A stretch of 64,000 nt of DNA, taken from the IMG/VR virus record IMGVR_UViG_3300042885_000570, positions 1-64,000 of that record; one strand, given 5' to 3'. The notes below the pieces were generated by a model, which searched no databases, was not told the DNA's origin, and saw only the letters and a program-made list of their open reading frames with translations. The DNA comes from a virus. How positions within the stretch are numbered: the first letter of the stretch is position 1; the number at the start of each line of letters is the position of its first letter. Below are positions 11,201 to 20,200 of this stretch, in pieces. Position numbers and translations under genes: made by a program.

Positions 11201-14200
11201 CGTAAACTTGATATCAGATTTTAATGTTTTTTCAACACCCTTATCATCATATATTTGATCTGCTACAGCTTTTCCATCTTTATCTAATTGAGATGTAACA
11301 CCACCTGTTTTAGATCCAGTTTGGAATGTAGCATATTGTATATTACCTTTCATCATCTGATGATGTAAAGACTCTAAGTCAGAACCTTTAATCATTGATG
11401 GGATTAATGGCATCAATGCAAACTTATGCATTGCATTAACTGGTAACATTGTGTTAGCTAAATGGCCAAAGTGTTGTAATTTATATACAGGAAAGAATCT
11501 TACTACGTCTTCTGCTTTGATTTCTTTTTCATTAATAATATCCTGGAATAGTTTTTCTTGATCAGCACTCCAACTTTTTTCTGCTAATCTTAAATTACGG
11601 TATGCATCAATAGCTATAAAACCTTGACCATCACCTTCTTCCATTTCTTTATACTTATCAATCTCTTTAGCAATTCTTTTTTCTATTTCTGCTTTTGATA
11701 CACCTCTTTTAGTATAGTCATCTCTTAATGCTTTCTCAATGTGTCTAACATATACTGAGTCTCTACTTACATCCTGCATGATTGCAGTGTTGTATTTATT
11801 GCTATAATTGAAAGTATTGTAATCAGCTCCATATCCTGCTTTATTAGCAAGCTTGAATGCATAAGATGATTTCTTAATAAGATCACTATTTAAAAACTGT
11901 TGAGTATAAATATCATCCATGAAACCTCTTCCACCAGATGTAGAACCCGTGTTTCTCTTATGTAACTCTTGTTTAGCATGATTATATTGTACTATATCAC
12001 CATATACTAAACTTGCTGTTTCAAAGTTATGTATCCAAGCATTCATTGTATATGCTTTAACAAGTAACTTATGTTTATCTTCTTCTTCTAAAGTTGTAAA
12101 CACATTAAGCTTATTCATTAAAGCTGGGTCATAGAATGGAGACTCAGAGAATTGTTTATAGTTTTTATCTGTTTGACCATTAAAATATTTTGTTACTTGT
12201 TCAGTAATAGCTTTTTTAATCTCTGGATTAGATTTTAAATAGTTCTTAAGATCACCATCTTTTACATTATCAATTAGATATTGTTTAAGATCTATAGTTT
12301 TTTCTTCACCATTTATTGTAGTAGTAAAGTCTTTTAATACATTATCAAAAGCTGTAAATTGTTCACCAGCATAAATAGGATTTTCTTTAGTCCCTACATT
12401 TCTATTGTAACCATTATACTGTTTAAATAATTCTTTATTGCCTTTAAACTTTTGTATTCTAGTTAACTCAGCCTGTATATATCCTATGAATATATTATTA
12501 ACAGCATACTGATCTGCGTTACCATTAGGTCCAAACATATCAATATCTACATACAATCTACTATTAGTATCGGCTTTACCAAGACCACCTGATACACTAT
12601 TTGCTAATCTCATACCAAATGATGAAGACTTAGATGCATGCCTCATGAATTCTACGATACCACCTTTTAGCATCATATTTAATTCTTGTATGTATTTACT
12701 TTGTACATCAAGAGAAGTTGTATTTGCACCTTTTTCATCCACAATTTGTGAACCTGCAACCATTGCTAATTCAATCTTAGCATCACCTTTTCTTTCATTT
12801 AAAGTATTATTACTGTATTCAAATATACTTTTTAATATTTGAGACTGTAATGTAAATCCATTTATCTCTGGATTAAGGTAACTCATGTATTGGTATTCAT
12901 CACTTGTCCATAAAGCATTACCAGTAGAAACATTATTGATTGCGTCAACAATCATACTTACAGTATTGTCTTCTATAAACTCATTAACAAGATTCTTTTC
13001 AGGGTTTAATACACTGAAACTAGAATAGTTAGTACCAAATGCACTCTGTAGTTTTGCTAATTTTTGAATTATATTCTTTTCAGATGTAACATCTTTATAG
13101 ATACCTTTTGGTATTTCACCATATAAAGCTCCAATTGGATCTGATAAAAACTTTTTAATAAAATTCTTATGTATAGTACTTGCATTAGGGTCTTTACTTA
13201 TTTTATGTATAGCTTTAGTTACATTAAATAAATATTGAATCCCATAATCATCTTTATTATTATCTAGTTCTGTTTTTAATGCAGATAAATCTTGTAGGTT
13301 AATTCCAATTGCTCTTGCAAATTGGATTGATTTTCTACTATCAAAACTCTTATCATCAAAATCAGCAATTACCTTGTCTAGATTTAATATAGATTTGTTA
13401 TCATCACCTTTATTGATATAAGTACTTTTTGGTGATGCTTTAAATTCACTTTTAAACTTATTTATAACATTTGTAAACTCAATTGATGCTTCAGTAACCT
13501 CAGATTTATATTCAGTACCATCTGGGTTATCTACAGTTAATTGAAGATATTTAAGTTTAGTCTTTTTAAAGTCTTGCCAGAAAGCAGCTTTAATATTAAA
13601 CTCCTCAATGTTATGTATTTCTCTTGGGTCAGGTATCTTATTTTCAATTAATTGTTTTAACTCAGGAAAACTCTTAGTACCTGCAATAAGTTTTTCATAC
13701 ATTTTAACTGGATCTTTCTCACCACCAATAACTTTAGTAACAATATTCCATGTTCTACTAAAATCAGCAAGCTCAGGAAAACCAAGTTTACCCATTACCT
13801 GTTTACCATCAGCTATTTTAAATAGACTTTTTATGATATAAAGAGTTTCTTTCTCAGCTAATTGTAATAAAGACTTATCACCTACTTTTTTATCTGCAAA
13901 TTTTTCTGACTCTTCTGCTGTTTCTGGTGCACTATTATCATCATCTTCAGATAACTCATCCTCAGCTTCTATCTCAATATATTTTTGCTTGATTAAATCA
14001 AATGTACTATTATCAATATGAAATTTAACTACACCGCTGTTTGAGTCACCCCAGTTTTCCAATGCAGCTTTTAAAATTCTTACTTTATCTGTAAGAAGAG
14101 TAACTTTGTTATAGTCATCTTCATCTACAGTATCAAGTTGATCTTGAAAATATGCAAGATTGTCTTCAAATCTTTCATATATAGCTTGATAAGCAATAGC

Positions 14201-17200
14201 TTTATCTTTATCATTTGTTAATAAAGATATAGTACCATTTCTAGTAGCTTTAATTGGTACATTGTTTTTACCTACTTCTCCTTCTTTTTCTCTCTCTACT
14301 CTATCTGTATATATTTCATCAATTAATTCTGATAAAGCAGAATCAATTTGACTTGATACAGTCATTGAGTCTTGAAAGCTTAATTCAAGTTCTTTTGTTT
14401 CAACATTTAAGATACCTCTATCTCTATTAAGTATGTCAAACATTGCATTATCAACAAGTGGTGCATACTTGTTTAAAAGCTTAGGATTTTTACTTGCAAA
14501 GAATAGTTTTTCAAATAACTCATCTTTAGTAGTTCTTTGTCCAAATAACTTTTTAATAAAGTTCCAGATTTGTCTGAAGATAGTATTTCTTACTGGTGCA
14601 TCTCCTGTTGGTTTAGGATCTTTAGCATAAGTTCTAAAATCCTCAGCTATTATTTCTTCTACCTCAAGTGTAGTAAGATTATTATTATTTAATCTTTTTC
14701 TAGTTTCAGCATATAACTTAGTCTTTTGTCTTTTAGTTAAGTATAATTGAGAGAATGCATGCCAAGCTTCATGATATAAATCTACAGCAGAACCACCAGT
14801 AGCAGTATCTAATTGTATTTTAGTATCTTCTAATCTTTTACCAGCTATAATAAATCTTGCATAAACATCAGAGTTAACAATGTTAGCCATGTGCTCAAGT
14901 TCAATAAACTTAGACAACGGAGAATTCTCCCACCACTCTTGAGCAGCATCAACTTCTTCTTGAGTTACATCATTTGGTAACTTACTTGACCTATCCCATA
15001 ATTTACTAATTCCACTTCTCTTACCTTTTTTATCAGATGGTTGTGGTACACCAGCTGGATTAATTACTTTTTCATCAGCTATTTTAGCATCCTCATAAGT
15101 TCTTGGCTTTTCTCCAGCTTTATAATCAGTTTCACTTACTTGACCAATTTTTTTATCTCCTGCATAGATAGATATAACATCTGTTATTCTTTTACCATCT
15201 TCTATTGCTTCACCTACAGAAAATCTTACAATTTTATTTGTTGGTACTGATGTAATTGACAAACCCTCTTCAAATCTACCTTGAACAGACTTACCATCAA
15301 CTTGGATTATAAATGTAGTTTTTGTTACACTACCTGTTACAGTACCAGATATCTTTTCATTCTCTGTAAGTTTAAGTAATAAAGCATCTTTAGCTTTTCT
15401 TATATTGGAATCTGTATTAGTATATGTTTTCTCTTGAACTTTTTCTTTAGCCTTCTTTAACTCTTTACTTAAGTTATCATTAACTCTAAATGCAAAGTAT
15501 GAGTTATATACACCTGGTTCATTATTTTTAAATTTAACAGTAGGATTTACTTTACTTAAAAAGTCTCTGTAATTAGCCGGAACAGGTGCATCATCATTTA
15601 AATCATAATCAAAAAACTGAGTAGGTGTCTCTAATAAGTCAGCATTAATTTTCATATTAGCAGAATATGGTTTACTAGCTGTACCTCTTTCAGTACCTAA
15701 TGCTTTTATAATAATTGCTTTTGCTATTTCTTTATTAGTTAAATCAACTATTTCTCTTTTAGGATTTTTTGCATCTTCTTTATAGCTTACCTCTAAACCA
15801 GACTCAGGCTTATAAACTACAAATAACTTTTTATCCTTAAAGTTTATATTATTATGAGAAAACTGATCATAAAAGGCATACTTTTCCATACCATCCATTT
15901 TACTACTAACTAATGCAGCTGCAATTTTATTTATTAAGTCCGCAGACATATTTTTTCTATCAACTGGTATTTCATATCCATTAATAGATATAACAGTATT
16001 ACCAGCTTTTATATCATCTCTTTCTGTTCTTAGTGTAGTAAATTTATAATTGGTATTTAAGTTATCTGATAATTTTAAAAAATCATTTAAAGGCATATTA
16101 CCACCTGTAAAATCAAGTGGTATACCAGCACTAACATCCATTATATCAAATAGCTTTTCTTTTTCTTTTAGTATTTCTTTATGTACATCTAGAAGAGCTT
16201 TAAAGTCAGCTTGTTGCTGTTGTTTTAAATCATTATACAAATCATCATAGCTTTCACCTTCTGCTTCTAAAACTTGTTTGAATTCATTAAGAGACTTTGT
16301 ACCATATATACTAGATCCATAATTAGTAATCTGATCTTCTACAGATTGTATTCTTTCTTCTTTACCATAAATATCTTTTATAGTATAGTCACCTGTTTCT
16401 TCATCAACAGTAACATTTCTTAAAAATTGATATACAGGTTTACCATTAGAATCAATATCACCTTCTTCACTAAAGTTTATTGGAGTACCAAACTCATCAG
16501 TCACCATTAATATAATTGCATCTTTAAGAAAGTTTTTACCTGTTTTATTAAACTCAATTGAATTAGCTTTAGCTAATAAAGCAGCTGTAGTTTTATCTAA
16601 ACTAGCTGCAACACTATCTAATCTTACACCTTTAAGTTTTAATAGTCTACCTTGATATGTTGGATTTAGTACACTATTATCTTTTGAATTAAATGCTTTT
16701 TTAAGTTTTTCTAATGTATTATATATTCTTACCTTATTAGGATCTATTTCTTCAATAGTTAAGTTATTATTTGGATCTCTAGTAATAAACTGTTGCATTG
16801 TAGTTGTAAATGCACTTGATGCTTTATATCTTGGAGATACTGGTACATCAGCATCCTCAGTAAACTTAGGACTGTTAATACTATTGTTCTTTATATTTAC
16901 ATCATTCTGTATCTCTTTGATAATATCTTTAGGTCTAAAGTATTGTAGTACATCTAATAAACCCGTTTCAGAATTCATAAACTTTTGTGCAAGCTTTCTT
17001 GGGTCAGACTTTGGGTCAAACTCAAGATTAATTAGACTTGTTTGATAAGATGCTGTACCAATCATTTGTGGTACTATCTGTAAAAACTTAGCAGCTATAT
17101 CTGCATCTTTTGTTTTTTCTATTTTATTAAACAAGTTTTTCATAACTTCATCAGCATTGAAGATTTTATTTTCTGCTAATGATTCAGCCATTGTTTTATA

Positions 17201-17257
17201 AACGTATTGAAATAAGCCTTTTATCTGGCCACTAGATAGTGCACAAGTAATGTTCAT
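5210..17257 (-). CDS. Virion two-barrel DNA-dependent RNA polymerase polyprotein with zincin domain and C-terminal accessory domains
   Basis: Catalytic GADFDVDK (10295-10309) preceded by RIPVQGLNS; EGDGQGFI motif; HEAWH...EEIIAE zincin motif (14759-14773). Position and size match crAss-like/phi14:2-type vRNAPs. Confidence 0.92.
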   Translation of the reverse strand: MNITCALSSGQIKGLFQYVYKTMAESLAENKIFNADEVMKNLFNKIEKTKDADIAAKFLQIVPQMIGTASYQTSLINLEFDPKSDPRKLAQKFMNSETGLLDVLQYFRPKDIIKEIQNDVNIKNNSINSPKFTEDADVPVSPRYKASSAFTTTMQQFITRDPNNNLTIEEIDPNKVRIYNTLEKLKKAFNSKDNSVLNPTYQGRLLKLKGVRLDSVAASLDKTTAALLAKANSIEFNKTGKNFLKDAIILMVTDEFGTPINFSEEGDIDSNGKPVYQFLRNVTVDEETGDYTIKDIYGKEERIQSVEDQITNYGSSIYGTKSLNEFKQVLEAEGESYDDLYNDLKQQQQADFKALLDVHKEILKEKEKLFDIMDVSAGIPLDFTGGNMPLNDFLKLSDNLNTNYKFTTLRTERDDIKAGNTVISINGYEIPVDRKNMSADLINKIAAALVSSKMDGMEKYAFYDQFSHNNINFKDKKLFVVYKPESGLEVSYKEDAKNPKREIVDLTNKEIAKAIIIKALGTERGTASKPYSANMKINADLLETPTQFFDYDLNDDAPVPANYRDFLSKVNPTVKFKNNEPGVYNSYFAFRVNDNLSKELKKAKEKVQEKTYTNTDSNIRKAKDALLLKLTENEKISGTVTGSVTKTTFIIQVDGKSVQGRFEEGLSITSVPTNKIVRFSVGEAIEDGKRITDVISIYAGDKKIGQVSETDYKAGEKPRTYEDAKIADEKVINPAGVPQPSDKKGKRSGISKLWDRSSKLPNDVTQEEVDAAQEWWENSPLSKFIELEHMANIVNSDVYARFIIAGKRLEDTKIQLDTATGGSAVDLYHEAWHAFSQLYLTKRQKTKLYAETRKRLNNNNLTTLEVEEIIAEDFRTYAKDPKPTGDAPVRNTIFRQIWNFIKKLFGQRTTKDELFEKLFFASKNPKLLNKYAPLVDNAMFDILNRDRGILNVETKELELSFQDSMTVSSQIDSALSELIDEIYTDRVEREKEGEVGKNNVPIKATRNGTISLLTNDKDKAIAYQAIYERFEDNLAYFQDQLDTVDEDDYNKVTLLTDKVRILKAALENWGDSNSGVVKFHIDNSTFDLIKQKYIEIEAEDELSEDDDNSAPETAEESEKFADKKVGDKSLLQLAEKETLYIIKSLFKIADGKQVMGKLGFPELADFSRTWNIVTKVIGGEKDPVKMYEKLIAGTKSFPELKQLIENKIPDPREIHNIEEFNIKAAFWQDFKKTKLKYLQLTVDNPDGTEYKSEVTEASIEFTNVINKFKSEFKASPKSTYINKGDDNKSILNLDKVIADFDDKSFDSRKSIQFARAIGINLQDLSALKTELDNNKDDYGIQYLFNVTKAIHKISKDPNASTIHKNFIKKFLSDPIGALYGEIPKGIYKDVTSEKNIIQKLAKLQSAFGTNYSSFSVLNPEKNLVNEFIEDNTVSMIVDAINNVSTGNALWTSDEYQYMSYLNPEINGFTLQSQILKSIFEYSNNTLNERKGDAKIELAMVAGSQIVDEKGANTTSLDVQSKYIQELNMMLKGGIVEFMRHASKSSSFGMRLANSVSGGLGKADTNSRLYVDIDMFGPNGNADQYAVNNIFIGYIQAELTRIQKFKGNKELFKQYNGYNRNVGTKENPIYAGEQFTAFDNVLKDFTTTINGEEKTIDLKQYLIDNVKDGDLKNYLKSNPEIKKAITEQVTKYFNGQTDKNYKQFSESPFYDPALMNKLNVFTTLEEEDKHKLLVKAYTMNAWIHNFETASLVYGDIVQYNHAKQELHKRNTGSTSGGRGFMDDIYTQQFLNSDLIKKSSYAFKLANKAGYGADYNTFNYSNKYNTAIMQDVSRDSVYVRHIEKALRDDYTKRGVSKAEIEKRIAKEIDKYKEMEEGDGQGFIAIDAYRNLRLAEKSWSADQEKLFQDIINEKEIKAEDVVRFFPVYKLQHFGHLANTMLPVNAMHKFALMPLIPSMIKGSDLESLHHQMMKGNIQYATFQTGSKTGGVTSQLDKDGKAVADQIYDDKGVEKTLKSDIKFTPNTIYLSNLKNVTAVPTKYKGKTVFSTQLRKLILEGLYQDGEIVNKDYAPYVKAYETAINDYTDLLKTELLEEIGYEKVNGKYVSGDISKFMDVVQRELERKDLPEHLIKYIQVGKDNKITKDLSLHLLADDIEKILVSLVEKRIVKQKVKGEALVQVASSMSNGLWDSGFKFDKANTKDIEKYLGSNNLPFYYPGADGKTTAMKVAIALQGDFKNLLKLNHIDKKPIGTRERLNEMIKNDEWLNKGNNRKAITMTAVRIPVQGLNSMEFMEVYEFLDPSAGNIIIPPSEIVAKSGADFDVDKLTTFMPNIDAEGHYIETSMDAKKFETQINAAKKSGDKGEMKRLIKMQKAALENRLIDSIRGILELPDNYATLVRPNDTYLLKDIADELVNSSPEYKEFKTISPTNVLEVGYNLHKHEANMIGKDVLGIIALENALHPLLTSLGAALPKTYKHQTWDNENKRYVEVPEIDYEMRLLLNHNKTNDGRISLSKINSSDNQDKIADLISHLMNGSVDVEKDAWIFFIQANKEIVPVLLSLLKAGVPKREAIYFVSQPLVKEYARQQRLIGSAFANVTDNGVSANENEKYIALQNTLAVSGISFRYPYLSRDASNLKMFDALKATKDKVKVKFKDGTFKVFAPKELLKAIANNTIKKDNISDIFNAVVKYKLDEEGNPELDDYGQKVQIPLYKKVTTSHLLSNDNWYYVTQVLTKDVNKFSEAELKTNIDNNDFTSDSAIKAFLHFIEFEKEIKGLSNLKRQANPDTKTSKTIQEVTQKSLSLEEAADSSKIEPELARKLQEESILGTFFDKMIITDIVSPLFNVTNNKNVSDHMVKTITRKGGQITKKFGEGKDGVEAYITAYKNAIVNYIYQNKLNNIITTEESFPGIPESFTDIDSKEYIDNFMIMLSEHSHLKELYPILEQITDIPVRSKKGAEVTYTTTLTLNNKSAVKGALAEAYHQNLVDLADDNIIKVNDPEQNKEISDMFKMLPLMSILQNGVGSTKYGLSYVLPDTTFFEIIEPASREFLALDSESKDKTLDIIDNLLFENGVGQNNYILSRASRKASNIKDTDVDIEVENEKYVPKGVVSAGGQGMTFGAQPSTSVNSNDIYSQLENKNVVISNIKTKDGKYDRDANIKEAKANNRVYTMEMVSDINSFSNPWAHFIRTGTIKTNTTKEAVINYIDWLTTDKFKDVKPKRKAFILDVLKSGKLKGRQLQYYAELGEPSHATALDYLINKYDWNTQPSTSVEIDFQEEPTTGYKNRTVKNASADATIALAYDFNSAGERLTKSSVLGQNKKYIPLNIPKKTETSDISKANIRTQIKIVVDQLNSVNATTLNIAGNGIYTMKDAGWSQEEVDLMTYRILQGVLESPDLKNKIVSIRTGGQTGFDEAGAKAGIKLGIPTTILAPKGWTFRNIEGKDISNEQQFKARFSTTQQQAPVTEVKEGVEDLFKDRPELSDIGTPEQYSAYLDTIFPNSIVKDIVYHGTPYLFDKFDSTLRGVNTGKSTTNEKFDSELATFFTDSEYTAHSYSLIGTQEKRLKIAKGLFKLSMSNNLQEDYNLLKKQFPEIVPQLKGLREKGLNTIDSINYLKEEYSKMMYTDIINMTDYLKRKKNVSIEDKQRIQKEIDELIKKGGFINNTKKVVLNIKNPIIKDFNGQPFVDQPDGTLGAKTELTRLINTAAKNSNDAVIAKNIKDPGKSTNYAILSTDNAHILGNKQDIEGFKNFVNGNIQRQTEDETTDENVQSDNTVTYKPTGQKTQTYTVEGASIFNKNGVEVFKEASSDRNKIFANLAVKQGRAVIVERRTYIDKEGIAVTAKYVVNNKDVIISVRTGDIMKWPENNGDRKAVIALAKAAFAEAASEKAEINQDMEAFNAEVTKQGKLPKEFIVDQRKWVLNNMKLYDLVDEASGTMFLKNINMFTGAQVEEIPSNKPVNRKQLINFTKQLSSGITSYKLDQILAEKGIDINDVYGAIEKVETQAQLNNLINKILKAIC
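6010..6870 (-). other. ADP-ribosyltransferase-like domain (ART-PolyVal type) within vRNAP
   Basis: IVYHGT...FDKFD...FFTDS..TA.SY...VVLNIKNP...DAVI..NIKD...NYAI pattern, with a helical insert of roughly 110 aa. Confidence 0.7.
6900..7453 (-). other. SLOG-superfamily domain (circularly permuted YpsA / MoCo-carrier-like) within vRNAP
   Basis: Y..RT.KN..ADATI, LNIAGN, I.SIRTGGQTGFDEAG...G..LGIP....APKGW. Confidence 0.75.
7454..7905. repeat. 20-bp direct repeat pair (encodes QPSTSV linker)
   Basis: AACACTAGTAGATGGTTGAG at 7454-7473 and AACACTAGTAGACGGTTGAG at 7886-7905; 19/20 identical, 432 bp apart. Confidence 0.9.
7474..7885 (-). other. DUF4326-like domain within vRNAP
   Basis: FSNPW...KEAVINYIDWL...LKGRQL.Y.....SHATAL pattern, without the family's usual cysteines. 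Confidence 0.55.
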
Positions 17258-17274
17258 AGTATTATTATTTATTA

Positions 17275-20200
17275 TTAACAGTCAAGATTATTAAGTAAGT
17301 CATCTTCTATTTCAGACATTGATTTTGCATCTGCTTCTTTTATTGCAGCAGCAATTGCATCTGTGTCACCCATAAAGGTATTAAAGGCATCAACTGTCTC
17401 ATTAATAGTCTGTTTATCAATAGCATCAAGTATTTCTGGTGTTGATTCTGCTTGCTCTGTTTTAAGAATATCCATTGTTGTTGTGTGTTTATTTAACTCT
17501 TGTAAAGATAAGGTTTTTTCTTTACCCTTATTTGTAAAAGATACTGAATTTTCATCAGATTTCAAAACAGTTAATGTATCACCTTTTTCTGCAAATTCAG
17601 GTATTACTTCTTTAACAACTACTGTATCCTCTTTTTGTAGATTAAGCTCAGATGCTTTAGTAACTGGTCCTGTTTGAGGTTGTAATGCAGCTACTTCAGC
17701 ATCATACTTCTCTTTAAGTATTGCTTTAATTGCTTTTTCATTCCAACTTTCAATAAGTTCTTCTTTACCTTGTGCATCAGTATATATACCATAGTAACCT
17801 TCATCAGTTGAGTAATTAAACTGTATGCTACCGTATGCCTTATTTCTTCTTTTATCTATGTCTTTAGTATCCAATACTGATTCAACAACTGATTTATTTT
17901 CAGCAGGTGTTTCTAAAGCAGCTAGTTCTTGTTGAAGTTTATTTTTATAATTTATAAGTTCATTAGCAGCATAATTTTGTATTTTAGTTAATTGAATATT
18001 AGTAATGGCTTCTTTTCTAACTTCTACCCATTTAATTTCTAATCTTCCTGTTGCTGGATTTATACTGCTTTCAATTCCATAAATAGGTAGCTCATTAGGT
18101 GTACCTGCTAATACTTTCTCTTTATCAAATTCTGATATTGTTTTATTTCTAGCATCTGTTGCTTTAATAAGTTCTTCAAATAATTTAGGGTAGTTTGTAA
18201 GTAACTGAATGTTTTCTGGAGTTTGTAGAATAGTTCCATTTTTAACTTGTTTTTCAGCAAGTGCTAATACTTTAAGATAATCCCCTTCTTCAAATTCATT
18301 TTCTATAGTTTTATCAAAAGCTTTAATCTTATTTTCTACATCAGCTTTAGCATCTGTAGTAGGTGTTGGTTGAGATAGTCTAGAAGTTGCTGAAGCCGCA
18401 TCTTCATTTAATTTTTCTGCATCACTACTTACTTGATTACCTTCTCTACTTAAAGTAAAACCTGTTGCGTTTTTAAGTATTTTTTCAAATATTTCATTTG
18501 CTTTTTCATTCCCATAAGTATTATTTATTGCATCTCTTATTTCTTGCATTACAGAATTATAGGTATCTGTATTAATATCATCTTTAAGTATTTGACTAAG
18601 TTTATTTGCATATTTGTTTCTGATGTTATCAATTGCTTTACCAGAATAAGGAAAAACTGATGTTAAAGCTTGTAATAAATAATCAGTACTAAGAATTACT
18701 CCCTTACCTCCTGTAAATAAATAATTTGCTGCTATTGCACCATAAGGTGATTCATAATAGTCTTCATCAGCTTTAGCATTTGTAGGTGTAACTGTTTCAG
18801 CAGTTGCTTTACCAAATGACATTTTAGCTCCACTAGTTTGTTTAATATACTCCTTGTATGGTACATTATCTTTAGTAAGTTCAGCTGCTTGTTCTTTAGT
18901 TAAGTCATTGATAATACCAATTGGATAACCTAAGTTTACAAGTTGTTTCTTATATACTGGGTTTAATTCTGTTGCTACTTTAACAACTGGTGCTTCAATA
19001 GATATTGCTTTATCAATCTTAGCTTTAGCATCTGTAAAATTAGGATCAAGTGAGAAGTACCACTTACCTGGACCATTAAGTTTTGTATTAGTAGGTGCAC
19101 CAGCAGTTAATACTTTTTTACTGTTTTGATCTAATGTAGTCTCTATTGGGAATATATTAATATCAGCATCAAGACCTGTCATCTTTTTTAACAACCTTGC
19201 ATAAGTATATTGTTGAAGCGTATATGCTTCAAGTTTATTTTTACTGAATTTAGTCTGTGTTACAAATCCATCCCATTTAGTTTCATTACCTGTTTTAAAA
19301 TCAATGATGTGTAGTTTACCTTCCTTATCAATAAGTAGTAAATCCATCTCACCCGCTACGTTAGAATCTACATCATATACTTTAAGATTAGTTGCAACTG
19401 TATATAATTGACCAGCATCAATTCTTTGCTTGATAGGTTTTAAGAAACTTGTTGGCCCAAATAAATTATCATATGCTTCTCTAGTAATTTTTTTCTCATC
19501 AAATACGGGTGCTTCACCTTTTGTAAAGAATTTTCTTAACTCATCATCTACATAAGTACCACCATCTCTTGATGCTTCATATGTATTTTCACTTATAAAT
19601 GCTTGAATATCTTCTAATAACTCTTCTTTATTTTTAAATAATACTTTATTTAAATCTTGTACTAATAAATTCTTTAAGTGTTTTTTAAGTAATGCCTCAG
19701 TTTCATCTGTATAACCATAGTTTTTTTCAACTGACTCAATGTGTAATTCAGCTTTTAACTTATTAATAAGGTACTTTACACCCTTTTCATTAAATCCTAC
19801 ATTACCTATTGTCATATCATAAGCAGCTTTAACTATATCTGCACCTGTATATCTATATTTTTCAGTTTTATACTTTTCAATAAAATTACTTACTCTTGCT
19901 AATATTTGTCCTTTAACTGCATAACCTTCTTCACCAAGTTTACTTATACCACTTTGTTTAGCAAATAACTCATTCTTTAATGTTTTAATTATCTCTTGTA
20001 CCTCTGGTGTAAAGTTTTGTATATCTCTTGTAGATATCAACTTATTGAATTTAGTAATAACATCTTGATAAGCTGTTTTTGTAATTGTACTATCAGCTTC
20101 ATCTCTTAATTCTTCAAATTGTCCTCTGAATATTTTAATATCATCAATTGAATAAGCAGCTGTATTTAATTTTTTATTGTTTAGAATAAAGTCAAAATCA

